Origin: an uncultured Dehalococcoidia bacterium
Lineage (GTDB): Bacteria; Chloroflexota; Dehalococcoidia; Dehalococcoidales; Fen-1064
Direction of reading: 5' to 3'
DNA length: 64,000 nt
Assembly: GCA_903916765.1 (NCBI GenBank)
Contig: CAIWXV010000138.1
Location: forward strand, 14,453 to 78,452
Under the pieces are notes generated by a model. The model searched no databases, had not been told where the DNA came from, and saw only the letters and a list, made by a program, of their open reading frames with translations. The stretch's first letter is position 1, and the number at the start of each line of letters is the position of its first letter. Positions 29,673-39,638 of this stretch are shown here, piece by piece. A program made the translations under genes and the position numbers.

Positions 29673-30338
29673 TTATTTTACATTGACTTTGATATAAATA
29701 TCACCGGGTTGTCCATCGGTGGTCAGGCGGGCATTCCGTAATCGGATTTTGGTGCCTGATTTAATACGGGCAGGGATTTTAACTCTTAATCGTTTACCGT
29801 TACGGGGAAGGTCTTTTTCCATGCTTTTTGCTGCCTGTCCTTTAGTAATGGTGATTTCGTAATTGACATCCTCTGAAGAGGCCGTTCGTGTTTGTGTATA
29901 GATATCTTCCAGATTGCTGTCATCCGGCACGGAAAAGATAATCCGTTGTCCGCCTCTACCGCCGCCGTACTGCTGGAAAGAAAAACCTCTGCCTTTCAAA
30001 AAATCCCCGAAGATACCGTCCAGAAAATCATATTTGAGTCCGGCGCCGCCGAATTCCTTCATCAAATCTTCAAAGGTTGTCTGTGTGGTATAACTGCCGA
30101 AGACATCGCTGGCATTACCGGTCGTGCCGAATTGGTCGTATTGCTTTCTCTTTTCCGGATTTCCAAGAACACCATAGGCTTCATTGATTTCCTTGAATTT
30201 TTCGTTAGCCCATTTCTCATTTCCCGGATTCTTATCGGGGTGAAATTGCATTGCCAATTTGCGGTAAGCCTTCTTGATATCATCATCGGAGGCATTTTGC
30301 GGCACTCCCAGAATCTTATAATAGTCTTTTTGTGGCAT
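29673..30338 (-). CDS. J-domain protein (CbpA-like, no zinc finger)
   Basis: DYYKILGV...[12 protein letters not shown]-domain, a G/F-rich linker and a short C-terminal beta domain. ATG 30338 preferred over 30398. Confidence 0.85.
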   Translation of the reverse strand: MPQKDYYKILGVPQNASDDDIKKAYRKLAMQFHPDKNPGNEKWANEKFKEINEAYGVLGNPEKRKQYDQFGTTGNASDVFGSYTTQTTFEDLMKEFGGAGLKYDFLDGIFGDFLKGRGFSFQQYGGGRGGQRIIFSVPDDSNLEDIYTQTRTASSEDVNYEITITKGQAAKSMEKDLPRNGKRLRVKIPARIKSGTKIRLRNARLTTDGQPGDIYIKVNVK

Positions 30339-30495
30339 AATCTGCGCTCGCTTTATAGCACGAAAAGTATTGCTTTTCTGTAATATAAAGTATAGCATAC
30401 TACCGAGGTTGCTCAGGATTCTAGTAAGTCGTAAAATCTATGGAGGTATCTTTGTAAGTGAGTACCCATTATTTGTTTTCTGGAGGCTATGAGAT

Positions 30496-31134
30496 ATGAC
30501 CGGGGAACTGGGTAAAATAGAGAAACTCGATATCGAACAGTTCGGCTTGCGTAAACTTTATGTCGTGCCTCTCTTTTTTGCCGGGGCAGATGCTCCTCAG
30601 GATTATAAGGAAAAGTTGGAAAAATACTGGCGTGAGGTCAATGAGCAAATTGCCAATCAGGAAGTTAAGGTAGGTAAGGTCAAGCGCATCTACCAAGAAT
30701 CGATTTCTATCGGTGGGGAAGAAGGGCTTAAGATTGTTGAGAAGATAAGTTCATTGAGTTATCTTATTGCCAAGGATAAATGCAACTGCGGGGCTGTTTT
30801 CGAGGGAGCGGAACAGGCAGAAATGGCAGACGAGTGTATGGATTGGGAGCGGTGTTTGCTGATGGGTTTTTTCAGCCGGAAGGTAGCACAAATGGTAGCT
30901 GAATTCTACTGGGAATCTGCCAGGAAAAGGTATGAGTATATTGGACGGCACATTGATGAGACCCTGCAAAAAGGCGAAGTGGCAATGCTCTTTATCCGCG
31001 AAGGGCATATGGTACAGTTTGCAAAAGATATAGAGGTTTTCAATGTAGCGCCGCCGGCTTTGGATGACCTTAACCGTTGGTTACACGACCGCTCCAAAGC
31101 TATGGAAGAGAGTGGGCAGGAAAACAAAAAGTGA
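30496..31134 (+). CDS. Hypothetical protein
   Basis: 212-aa ORF with normal codon usage by eye. No motif I recognise. Confidence 0.5.
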   Translation: MTGELGKIEKLDIEQFGLRKLYVVPLFFAGADAPQDYKEKLEKYWREVNEQIANQEVKVGKVKRIYQESISIGGEEGLKIVEKISSLSYLIAKDKCNCGAVFEGAEQAEMADECMDWERCLLMGFFSRKVAQMVAEFYWESARKRYEYIGRHIDETLQKGEVAMLFIREGHMVQFAKDIEVFNVAPPALDDLNRWLHDRSKAMEESGQENKK

Positions 31135-31136
31135 GG

Positions 31137-32243
31137 TTATTGGAGACAGCGCCAGTAATCCCGAAGGTAACTCTTGACCTCGTCGATTACTTCCTGCGTG
31201 TCCTGTAGATGTGCGTCGGTGCGTAATGAAACTGGAATCGGTGCCGGCTCTTCGACTGATATATTGAAATCCGCTAACCCTGCAATAAGAGCCATCCATG
31301 CATAAGGCAGTACTCCGCTATGATATCCGGAGGCAATGAGGTCAATCAGTTTGCCATCACAGATTTCCGACAGCTCTCTGACCTTTTGCCCTATCATTCT
31401 GAATCCGGCTACCGTCAAACCCAGACTGGTTAGTCCATCATTGAAGTGCGGGTCGGAGCCGCCGTTGCGGATGATAATTTCCGGTTGAAATTCTTTGGTT
31501 AGAGGTTCGACAATTTCTTCGAAAGCGAGTTTATAAGATTCGGAACCGGCATTAACGGGTAAGGGGATGTTCACGGTTTTCCCGATACCTTTGCCTGCTC
31601 CGATTTCTGAGGCAAAACCTGTACCGGGATAAATTGTTCTCGGGTCCTGATGAAGGTCGATGAACAGCACACGCGGGTCGGAATAGAAGTACTCGCAGGT
31701 ACCGTTACCGTTGTGGGCATCGGTATCTAAAATCAGGATTTTTTTCAGGTGATAGTGTTCCATCAGATAGACGGTAGTGAAGGCAACGTCATTGTAAAGG
31801 CAAAAGCCTTCACCGGAAGCTCGCTTGGCGTGATGTAATCCTCCACCGATAGATACTGCTTTTTTGTATTTCCCCGATTGTATCAGGTCGGCGGCGAGTT
31901 TTGCCTGTCCGATAACCAATCGTGCCGCCTCTTCTACTTTACCTGGTCTGCCTACCGGTAAATTGTCCAGAGATTGATACTGGAAGAAATCACCCTCGAC
32001 CGGTAGCCCCAGATTTGCTGAGCTGTAATACTGCTTGGTGAAATTTATGTAATCGCGTTCACAAATTCTCAGGAGTTCTTCATCGGTTGCCCAGTCGGCT
32101 TTTATGGTTTTGTAGTTGCCGTCGGGCTTTAGTCTACTGGCAAGAAATTTGGTGAACAACTGATAGCGGTCGCTACGGAAAGGATGTCCTACCCCAAAAT
32201 CGTATTCCTTGAGTTCTTCGCGATAGAGAATGGCAATTGTCAT
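31137..32243 (-). CDS. Histone deacetylase-family amidohydrolase (AcuC/acetylpolyamine type)
   Basis: GGGLHHAKRASGEGFCLYND and LDTDAHNGNGT zinc/catalytic motifs. Confidence 0.9.
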   Translation of the reverse strand: MTIAILYREELKEYDFGVGHPFRSDRYQLFTKFLASRLKPDGNYKTIKADWATDEELLRICERDYINFTKQYYSSANLGLPVEGDFFQYQSLDNLPVGRPGKVEEAARLVIGQAKLAADLIQSGKYKKAVSIGGGLHHAKRASGEGFCLYNDVAFTTVYLMEHYHLKKILILDTDAHNGNGTCEYFYSDPRVLFIDLHQDPRTIYPGTGFASEIGAGKGIGKTVNIPLPVNAGSESYKLAFEEIVEPLTKEFQPEIIIRNGGSDPHFNDGLTSLGLTVAGFRMIGQKVRELSEICDGKLIDLIASGYHSGVLPYAWMALIAGLADFNISVEEPAPIPVSLRTDAHLQDTQEVIDEVKSYLRDYWRCLQ

Positions 32244-32333
32244 TGACTATTACTACTCTTTGCTCAAATGGGAGTTATTTTTCAGGAATCTGTGACAGTA
32301 AATCGGGACTTCTTGTACACTGCCCTAACTTAT

Positions 32334-32363
32334 ATTAGACCCCGAACACGTGTGCTCTGTCAA
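32334..32363 (-). promoter_or_regulatory. Candidate sigma-70 promoter for the HDAC-family gene
   Basis: Minus strand reads TTGACA-18 nt-TCTAAT. The spacer contains the palindrome ACACGTGT. Confidence 0.3.
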
Positions 32364-32414
32364 GAAATATTTACGGCACAGTGTAAAAAGAGTGGATTTT
32401 AGGTAGGGATTGCT

Positions 32415-33656
32415 TTATTCAGCGTCCGTTTTGAACCGCAAGATGGCAATCAATCCGAAAACAATTGCGAAACCCAATAGTACCAGCATTTCCGGTACTA
32501 CGGAATCGAAATCACTGCCGAAGACCAGCAATTTATTGAAGCCGTTAGTTGCCCATGCATGGGGAGTGATTTTAGCGATGAATTGCATCCATTTAGGCGT
32601 GATAAAGAGTGGCCACCAGCAACCGCCCAGCGGTGCCAGTATCAAAGATGTGATTACTCCTATTGAGCTTGCACTGCGTTCTGTCTTCACCATCGTCGCT
32701 AACATCACACCGAAAGCGGAAGAGACCATTATCATCAGAATTGATATGAGGATGACGGCAAGCGGCGAGACCCCCATATCCATTTTGAAAACCAGGATGC
32801 CGACTGCCCAGAATATAGTGATTTGAATCAGGCTTTTGGCGGCAGTGCCGCAGAAAACTCCCCCGAGAACAGCATTGCGGTTTGCTGAACTGGATAATAT
32901 TCTTTCCAGAGTGTGGTTTTGGCGTTCCTTGACGAGTTGGGAGGCTGAAAATGCTGCGGTAAAGAAGACGAACATTACTAAATAGCCGGGAACAACGAAA
33001 TTGGCGGGGTTTTCGGCTTTCACTTCTCCCGCTGTTTGGGTTGAGAATGTTATCATCACGTCACTAGTGGTTGCCTGTCTGGTAAGCAGAGCGCGTATTG
33101 ATTGTCCCAGGTCACCGGCTGTACCCGGAGACAGCAGGTCTTTCTCTACCAGCAAACTGATGACGGCATCGTTCACTACCTGCGCAGCTCCTAATTCGGA
33201 AGCTATGCTTTGTGCCACTCCTTCCAGTGCAGCAGTGGCTTGTGTATTATTTGGGTTGAAAATCACTTCCAACGATGTGCCATAGCCAATCATCACTGCC
33301 TCTGAAAAATCTTTAGGGAAGGCAATGAAACCGCTTAGTTTCTTATTTTCGACGTCTTGCTTTGCCTGTTCATAGTCCTTGAGCCAGATAATCTTCGGCT
33401 CGCCGGGTTTGAGCGTGGCATCGTCCTTTGTTTCCATTGCGGCAAGGAGTTGATAACTGATACCGCCGGCTGGCTCTTGAGTAGCAATATTTATTTCCAG
33501 TCGGGTATCTTCACCCATTACGCCGGTCATCATGTAATTGAAAAGAACTATGAACAATATTGGGAATAAGATAGCGAAAAACAAAGCCCCACGGTCTGAA
33601 GCAAATAATTTCAGGTCTTTGACCGTTAGAAGCCATATGTTGCGTAATTGTTTCAT
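32415..33656 (-). CDS. ABC-2 type exporter permease
   Basis: N-terminal TM helix, a large extracytoplasmic loop and 5 C-terminal TM helices. ATG 33656 (MKQLRNIWLL...) avoids a 53-nt overlap. Confidence 0.8.
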   Translation of the reverse strand: MKQLRNIWLLTVKDLKLFASDRGALFFAILFPILFIVLFNYMMTGVMGEDTRLEINIATQEPAGGISYQLLAAMETKDDATLKPGEPKIIWLKDYEQAKQDVENKKLSGFIAFPKDFSEAVMIGYGTSLEVIFNPNNTQATAALEGVAQSIASELGAAQVVNDAVISLLVEKDLLSPGTAGDLGQSIRALLTRQATTSDVMITFSTQTAGEVKAENPANFVVPGYLVMFVFFTAAFSASQLVKERQNHTLERILSSSANRNAVLGGVFCGTAAKSLIQITIFWAVGILVFKMDMGVSPLAVILISILMIMVSSAFGVMLATMVKTERSASSIGVITSLILAPLGGCWWPLFITPKWMQFIAKITPHAWATNGFNKLLVFGSDFDSVVPEMLVLLGFAIVFGLIAILRFKTDAE

Positions 33657-33660
33657 AGCG

Positions 33661-34842
33661 TTACTTGCCTTTTGAGACGGCTTTGAAGAAGAATCGGCTG
33701 ATAACCAAGCCAACTATCGTCACGCCGGCTATGACCCCTATTTCCAAACCGAGGTCGGAAATGTGTCCTCCCTCGGCGATGAGAGTCTTGAAAGCATTAT
33801 TGGCATAGGTATTGATGGATAACTTGCTCAGTGTGTAAAGGGCTGAGCCTTTTGAAATAGTGAAGAATGTACCGCCGAATATGGTCATTGCCATTGTAAA
33901 AGTGACGCCTATCCAGGTAGCAGCATCCTGTGTGCGGGAGAGGGATGCAATCACCAGACCGATAGTACTGCAAGCCATTGTGAAGAGAAATGCAATCAGG
34001 AGACATTCTAGGAATGAAAGAGGTGTAAAAATATGGAAGACGGCATAGGATAATGCCAACAAAATGAAGGTTTGAATAAACCCGCGCAAAGCACTTGCCA
34101 TGAATTTACCGAAGAATAGTTCACTCGGGCTGAGGTGAGTTGTGAGCAGACGTTCCAGCGTTCCTCTCCGTCGCTCTTCGACGATTGCGGCAGTGCCGAT
34201 GTTGATAGCGAAGAGCACATACATCGTGATGATGCCCGGCAGGAATTGATTTACCATATTCGGTTTACTGCCGATAGCCACTTCTTTTACTTCGATTAGA
34301 GGGTATTCCTGTTCCCTTTCTAAAAATTTCTGTGTGGTGATAGCTATTTGCTCTGTGACAATACCCTTGCCTGTTAGTATCTGCTTCGTTTGGTCGAGTA
34401 CACTAAATTCCTGATTAAGTTTGCTGACCACACCCCGGATAATGCTGGCAACAATCTGCCCTTCCTGCCCGCCGTTGCCTCTTTGTAGGAAAGTGAGTTC
34501 GGCAGGTTGATTCGTGTTTAATTTATCAGAGAAACCGGCTGGAATGAATAACACTATATTTAAATCGGAGCGCCCCAGTTTGCTTTCAGCATCGGTACGG
34601 GACAGTAGCTCTACATCCAGACTTTTTTCCTGCCCGATTTGCTCTATCAATTTTTCAGTGTATGTGCCATTTACATCTTCGTTGACGATATAGGCGGTGC
34701 CGTGAAAGAGTTCCGAGCCTCCGAAAGCACCGTATATCAGTGCGAAAGTAACAATCGGGAGAAGCAAGCTAAAGGCAAGGTCAGCCTTGTCTTGCAAATA
34801 AGTTCGGACTTCCCGCAGGGCAACGATTAAAGCTCTTTTCAT
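33661..34842 (-). CDS. ABC-2 type exporter permease
   Basis: Same architecture as its neighbour. Downstream of the ATPase gene. Confidence 0.8.
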   Translation of the reverse strand: MKRALIVALREVRTYLQDKADLAFSLLLPIVTFALIYGAFGGSELFHGTAYIVNEDVNGTYTEKLIEQIGQEKSLDVELLSRTDAESKLGRSDLNIVLFIPAGFSDKLNTNQPAELTFLQRGNGGQEGQIVASIIRGVVSKLNQEFSVLDQTKQILTGKGIVTEQIAITTQKFLEREQEYPLIEVKEVAIGSKPNMVNQFLPGIITMYVLFAINIGTAAIVEERRRGTLERLLTTHLSPSELFFGKFMASALRGFIQTFILLALSYAVFHIFTPLSFLECLLIAFLFTMACSTIGLVIASLSRTQDAATWIGVTFTMAMTIFGGTFFTISKGSALYTLSKLSINTYANNAFKTLIAEGGHISDLGLEIGVIAGVTIVGLVISRFFFKAVSKGK

Positions 34843-34849
34843 CGCTTAA

Positions 34850-35599
34850 CTAATCACGCAGGCTTCTACCTGTCAGTTTCAGAAAAATGTCTTCTAGGGT
34901 AACTTTATCAGGGTCGCCAATCTGTCTCTTGAGTCCCTGTGGCGTATCCATTGCCACAAATTTCCCGCCGTCCATAATGGCAATGCGGTCGCAGAGGCGG
35001 TTGGCTTCTTCCATATAATGTGTAGTGTAAAGAATTGTCATCCCTTTATCGCGTAACCCCCTGATTGTTTCGAAGATATTATTCCGCGATTGTGGGTCAA
35101 TTCCTACGGTCGGTTCATCGAGAAAGAGGAGTTTGGAGTTGCCCATCAGGGCGATAGCGAGATTGATACGGCGTTTCATTCCACCGGAAAATTTGGAGAT
35201 TTTACCTTTTGCTCTCTCTGTCAGTCCCATCAATGCTAGGTGAGACATTGCTTGGGCTTTGGCTTCTCTGCCGTTCAGCCCTTCCAGTTGACCGAAAAAG
35301 ATGAGATTATCGAGTGCCGAAAGGTCTTCATACAATGCCAGGTCCTGCGGGCAAACGCCCACGAGGTCGCGAACTTCCGCCGGATTTTTCCTCAGGGAAT
35401 AGCCGCCGACTGTAGCGTCGCCGGTATCGGCTGCCAGAACGGTGGAAAGAATACGGATGACGGTTGTCTTCCCGGCCCCGTTCGGCCCCAGAAGTCCGAA
35501 AATTTCCCCCTTGTCGATAGTGAATGAAACACCATTGACGGCTTTTTGCCCGTTGAAGCTCTTGTAAATGTCTTTTACCGCTAGAAATGCTTCGCCCAT
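34850..35599 (-). CDS. ABC transporter ATP-binding protein
   Basis: GLLGPNGAGKTT, FSGGMKRRINLA and LLFLDEPTVGID. ATG 35599 has GGGAGA upstream. Confidence 0.9.
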   Translation of the reverse strand: MGEAFLAVKDIYKSFNGQKAVNGVSFTIDKGEIFGLLGPNGAGKTTVIRILSTVLAADTGDATVGGYSLRKNPAEVRDLVGVCPQDLALYEDLSALDNLIFFGQLEGLNGREAKAQAMSHLALMGLTERAKGKISKFSGGMKRRINLAIALMGNSKLLFLDEPTVGIDPQSRNNIFETIRGLRDKGMTILYTTHYMEEANRLCDRIAIMDGGKFVAMDTPQGLKRQIGDPDKVTLEDIFLKLTGRSLRD

Positions 35600-35687
35600 A
35601 TTTCGTTCTCCCAGAGTTGAATATACATTGAAGATTATATACAATTACTGGAATGCTGACAAACGGAACTAAAAGAGAATGTAATTT

Positions 35688-36599
35688 ATGAATGCCAATG
35701 ATGCTATCGTGCATACGAGTAAATTAACCAAGTTTTATGGCAAACGGCTTGGTATCGAAGAGGTCGATCTGGACGTAAAACGTGGTGAAGTTTTCGGTTA
35801 CCTCGGGCCAAATGGTGCAGGTAAAACTACTACTATCCGGACTCTGCTGGATTTTATCCACCCGACTGGTGGCTCGGCAACTGTTTTTGGATTAGATACC
35901 AGACGCAACAGTATTGAAATACACCGGCATGTCGGTTACTTGCAGGGTGAATTAAAACTGTATGGGAACCTGACTGGTAAAGATTTATTACGATACCTCG
36001 GAAACCTGCGTGGCGGCATCGATTGGAACTATGTTAAGAAACTAGCATCACGTTTGGACTGTGAACTCTCACGTAAGATAAGTACTTTATCTCACGGTAA
36101 CAAGCAGAAGCTCGGTCTGGTTCAGGCTTTTATGCATAAGCCCGAATTTCTAGTTCTCGACGAGCCGACTCAGGGGCTTGACCCGCTGATGCAACAGGAG
36201 TTTTACCGTTTGATTACCGAGGCGAGGAACGAAGGGCAGACTGTGTTTCTTTCTTCACATATATTGCCGGAAGTAGAGAAGGTATGCGACCGTATCGGTA
36301 TCATACGTCAAGGGCGATTGATTACGGTGGAGACTATTGAAGTTCTGAAATCCCATGCAGTGCGTCAGCTCGAAATTCACTTTGCTGGAGCTATTCCGAA
36401 GGACAGATTTATCGGGATATCCGGCGTTCGTGATGTCGTGGTAGAAAACGATATGTTGAGATGTAATGTCATCGGTTCACTGGATACGTTGGTGAAAGTT
36501 GCCGCCGGTTTTGAGGTAGTTAATATCTTGAGTCATGAGCCCAGCCTCGAAGAAATCTTCATGACCTATTATAATGAGGACAAAAACAATGTTAAATAA
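35688..36599 (+). CDS. ABC transporter ATP-binding protein
   Basis: GYLGPNGAGKTT, LSHGNKQKLGL and FLVLDEPTQGLD. Confidence 0.9.
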   Translation: MNANDAIVHTSKLTKFYGKRLGIEEVDLDVKRGEVFGYLGPNGAGKTTTIRTLLDFIHPTGGSATVFGLDTRRNSIEIHRHVGYLQGELKLYGNLTGKDLLRYLGNLRGGIDWNYVKKLASRLDCELSRKISTLSHGNKQKLGLVQAFMHKPEFLVLDEPTQGLDPLMQQEFYRLITEARNEGQTVFLSSHILPEVEKVCDRIGIIRQGRLITVETIEVLKSHAVRQLEIHFAGAIPKDRFIGISGVRDVVVENDMLRCNVIGSLDTLVKVAAGFEVVNILSHEPSLEEIFMTYYNEDKNNVK

Positions 36600-37389
36600 T
36601 GTGTTTCTGAAAACCCTGCGTGACCAGGGACGCTCTTTACTTTTCTGGGGTATCGGTCTGGTAGCGATGGCAGTAATAATGGCGTTTGTATACCCGACTA
36701 TCAAAAATATGCCATCTGTTACTCAGTACCTTGAGGAGCTCCCGGCGAGCGTTAAGGAAATGTTCGGGGCAGGGATAATCGATTATACATCTCCGGTCGG
36801 CTATTTCAGCACAGAACTCTTTTCTTTTATGATGCCGCTTTTGCTTTTGATTTTCGGCATTGGATTCGGAGTCTCAGCAATTGCCGGTGAGGAAGAAAAA
36901 GGCACATTGGACTTCTTGCTCTCTAATCCCGTACCGCGATGGCTTGTGGTTGTCGAGAAATTCGGTGTAATGATAGTGAGCATGGCATTGTTGGCTTTTG
37001 TTTTCTGGGCAAGTCTGGCAATTTGTGTCTCGGCACTCGGTATTGAAATCAGCTTGTTAAAATTGGCAGAAGCGACTATCGGAGCATTAATGCTAGCTCT
37101 GGTTTTCGCAACCTTTTCCTTATTCTTAGGATGTCTCAAGGGGGACCGTGGTCTAAGCCTCGGTATTTCCGGAGGATTGGCAGTGTTGACCTATCTTCTG
37201 AATACTCTCGGTAGCATTGTGAATTGGCTTAAAGATTACCGTTTCCTTTCGCCGTTTTATCATTATATGCAGCCTGATACACTGAAGAATGGTATCGATG
37301 CGGGGCATATGCTGGTCTTCCTGGGTTTGATAGTGGTCTTCTTTGTCATATCCATTCCTGTTTTTGAACGCCGTGATATTGCGGTTTAG
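36589..37389 (+). CDS. ABC-2 family permease
   Basis: 6 TM helices. ATG 36589 has GAGGA 8 nt upstream and overlaps the ATPase gene end. Confidence 0.75.
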   Translation: MLNNVFLKTLRDQGRSLLFWGIGLVAMAVIMAFVYPTIKNMPSVTQYLEELPASVKEMFGAGIIDYTSPVGYFSTELFSFMMPLLLLIFGIGFGVSAIAGEEEKGTLDFLLSNPVPRWLVVVEKFGVMIVSMALLAFVFWASLAICVSALGIEISLLKLAEATIGALMLALVFATFSLFLGCLKGDRGLSLGISGGLAVLTYLLNTLGSIVNWLKDYRFLSPFYHYMQPDTLKNGIDAGHMLVFLGLIVVFFVISIPVFERRDIAV

Positions 37390-37404
37390 ATTGCTATGAG
37401 ACTG

Positions 37405-37433
37405 TTTACGTCTGCAGTAAAAGCTAGTAGAAT
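37405..37433 (+). promoter_or_regulatory. Candidate promoter of the fumarase operon
   Basis: TTTACG-17 nt-TAGAAT, about 34 nt upstream of ATG 37467. Confidence 0.35.
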
Positions 37434-37466
37434 GTGAGTGGGTCATTATTTGATAAAGCAATAAAG

Positions 37467-38312
37467 ATGAGAGAAATTAAAACTAGCGTCATTACCGAAG
37501 CTGTTGCTCGGCTTTGCCAAGAAGTGAATTTCGAGTTGGGTGAAGATGTGGTTACGGCATTGAAAAAGGCAGAACAGGTTGAAGAATCATCACTGGGCAA
37601 GGAAGTCCTGAAGCAGTTATTGGAGAATGCAAGGATTGCCAAAAAAGAGTCTCTGCCTTTGTGTCAGGACTGTGGTATGGCAGTTGTTTTTCTTGAGATA
37701 GGACAGGATGTTCACATTGTCGGTGGCAATTTATATAAGGCAGTCGAAGAAGGCGTACGACGTGGTTATACCGATGGTTACCTGCGTAAGTCAATGGTCA
37801 ATCAGCCTTTTTCTGCCAGAGTGAATACTAAAGATAATACTCCTCCTGTAATTCATACTGAGATTCTTCCCGGTGACCGGCTCAAAATTACCCTGTTAGC
37901 TAAGGGGGGCGGTGCAGAGAATATGAGCCGACTGGTGATGCTCAAACCCGGCGAGGGCCGACAGGGAGTTATCGATTTTGTTGCCATGGCAGTCGAGGAA
38001 GCCGGTGGTAAAGCCTGCCCGCCGTTGATTATCGGTGTGGGGATAGGTGGTACGGTTGATACGGTAATGTTACTTGCTAAGAAAGCTTTGCTCCGCAAAG
38101 TCGGTGATCCTAATCCTGAACCTGAAATTGCCGAGTTGGAAAAAGAAATTTTTAACCGTGTCAATAATCTGGGTATCGGGCCGCTGGGATTTGGAGGCCG
38201 GGTTACGGCATTAGCGGTTCACGCTAAGGTTCTGCCGTCACATATTGCTAGTCTGCCGGTAGCAGTTAACCTCCAGTGTCACAGTGCTCGTCATAAGGAG
38301 ATATTAATCTGA
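37467..38312 (+). CDS. Class I (Fe-S) fumarate hydratase, alpha subunit
   Basis: MREIKTSVITEAVARLC N-terminus and cluster-binding LPLCQDCGMAVVF. Confidence 0.9.
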   Translation: MREIKTSVITEAVARLCQEVNFELGEDVVTALKKAEQVEESSLGKEVLKQLLENARIAKKESLPLCQDCGMAVVFLEIGQDVHIVGGNLYKAVEEGVRRGYTDGYLRKSMVNQPFSARVNTKDNTPPVIHTEILPGDRLKITLLAKGGGAENMSRLVMLKPGEGRQGVIDFVAMAVEEAGGKACPPLIIGVGIGGTVDTVMLLAKKALLRKVGDPNPEPEIAELEKEIFNRVNNLGIGPLGFGGRVTALAVHAKVLPSHIASLPVAVNLQCHSARHKEILI

Positions 38313-38875
38313 TGGCCGAGGAAAAGATTGTTATCTCATCGCCTTTGACCAGTGAGGTAATTGAAAAGTTAAAAGCTGGGATTCAGGTTTTGATTTCCGG
38401 CACTATCTATTCTGCACGTGATGCGGCGCACCGATGGTTGATTCAAGCACTGGATAAGGGTGAGAAATTGCCCTTCGATATTAAGGGGCAAACGATTTAT
38501 TATATGGGACCTTCACCTGCCAGACACGGACAGATTATCGGGTCGGCAGGACCTACCACGAGCAGTCGAATGGATATGTCTACACCGCGACTGATTGAAG
38601 CCGGATTGAAAGGGATGATTGGCAAAGGTGAGCGATCGTCGGCTGTTAAAGATGCTCTGAAAAAACATAAAGCGGTTTACTTTGTCACTATCGGTGGAGC
38701 CGGTGCGTTACTATCGAAATCTATCAAAAAGTCGGAGCCGGTGGCTTATGAAGAACTGGGTGCTGAGGCAATTTTGAAGTTGACGGTGGAGAATTTCCCT
38801 GCCATAGTTTGTAACGATATTTATGGTGAAGACTTCTTTGAACAAGCGAGGACGCAGTACTGTCGTGGAGGGTAA
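38312..38875 (+). CDS. Class I fumarate hydratase, beta subunit
   Basis: 187 aa. GPTTSSRMD and MIGKGERS motifs. ATG overlaps the alpha stop (TGATG). Confidence 0.9.
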   Translation: MAEEKIVISSPLTSEVIEKLKAGIQVLISGTIYSARDAAHRWLIQALDKGEKLPFDIKGQTIYYMGPSPARHGQIIGSAGPTTSSRMDMSTPRLIEAGLKGMIGKGERSSAVKDALKKHKAVYFVTIGGAGALLSKSIKKSEPVAYEELGAEAILKLTVENFPAIVCNDIYGEDFFEQARTQYCRGG

Positions 38876-38880
38876 GAGCT

Positions 38881-39222
38881 ATGGATTGCATTTTCTGCAA
38901 AATTGTTGCTGGGCAAATTCCGAGCGATATCCTTTATACCGATGATAAGGTGATTGCTTTCCGTGATATCAATCCGATGGCACCTGTTCATCTTTTGATT
39001 ATCCCGCGACTTCATGTTACATCCCTGAATGATATGACGGAAGCGCAGGTGCCCCTTATCGGGTATATCATTTATGTGGCAAAACTGCTAGCGGAACGGC
39101 AGGGGATTGCAGAGAAGGGTTACCGTGTAGTCGTCAATTGTGGCAGGGATGGTGGCCAGGTTGTCCAACATCTTCATATACACTTGCTGGGCGGTCGGGG
39201 ACTGATTAACGGACTGGGGTAG
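38881..39222 (+). CDS. HIT-family (histidine triad) protein
   Basis: CIFCKI N-terminus and VQHLHIHLLGG. Confidence 0.9.
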   Translation: MDCIFCKIVAGQIPSDILYTDDKVIAFRDINPMAPVHLLIIPRLHVTSLNDMTEAQVPLIGYIIYVAKLLAERQGIAEKGYRVVVNCGRDGGQVVQHLHIHLLGGRGLINGLG

Positions 39223-39257
39223 ATTCTCTAGTATTTCCTTTTGTATTCCAAGAACAT

Positions 39258-39637
39258 TTATAGTCCGGCAATATTCTTTGCATCGGTGATTTTACCCGAA
39301 GAAAGAGGCGCCGGCATTTCAACGGTAGGCACTCTAACCACTTTAATCTCATCAGTCTCCTCTTGTATTTCCCGTCTCACGGCAGTTTCGACATTCTCGC
39401 CAGGTTCGATACCACCCGCTGGGATTTCCAACAGTTCCTTCTCTATCGGCTTGCGGAATTGATTGACCGCAAAACATTATTTTTATCGTCGATTGCCACT
39501 ACTACGATTGCCTCCGCATGCTCTACGATTGTGCGGCTCTTCTCATGGCCATCTGAAGTGCGGATAGTCTCGATTTTGACTTTTATAATGTCTCCGCTAT
39601 AAACTGAACGGCTGGATATTGTCTTTTCAGTATGCAT
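39258..39637 (-). pseudogene. Nudix hydrolase (ADP-ribose pyrophosphatase-like), interrupted by a 1-nt frameshift
   Basis: ORF 39637-39443 gives ...VEHAEAIVVVAIDDKNNVL and then a stop. The adjacent frame continues VNQFRKPIEKELLEIPAGGIEPGENVETAVRREIQEETDE... (Nudix box G-x5-E-x7-REIxEE) to TAA 39260-39258. The switch lies at the T4 run (plus-strand aaaa 39471-39474). Confidence 0.75.
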
Positions 39638-39638
39638 T

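Noticed and set aside
29526-29741. 71-aa ORF (..DGRRWDEGETPHLNPLPQRERI..)
   Set aside because: It is a translation of the triple-hairpin REP-like element and the antisense of the J-protein gene end, so it is not a gene.
33661-33713. 53-nt overlap between the two ABC-2 permease ORFs
   Set aside because: It is removed by using the internal ATG 33656 (MKQLRNIWLL...), which leaves a 4-nt gap.
39241-39602. Two plus-strand ORFs (73 and 79 aa)
   Set aside because: They are antisense to the Nudix gene, whose two frames carry clear homology. These have none.
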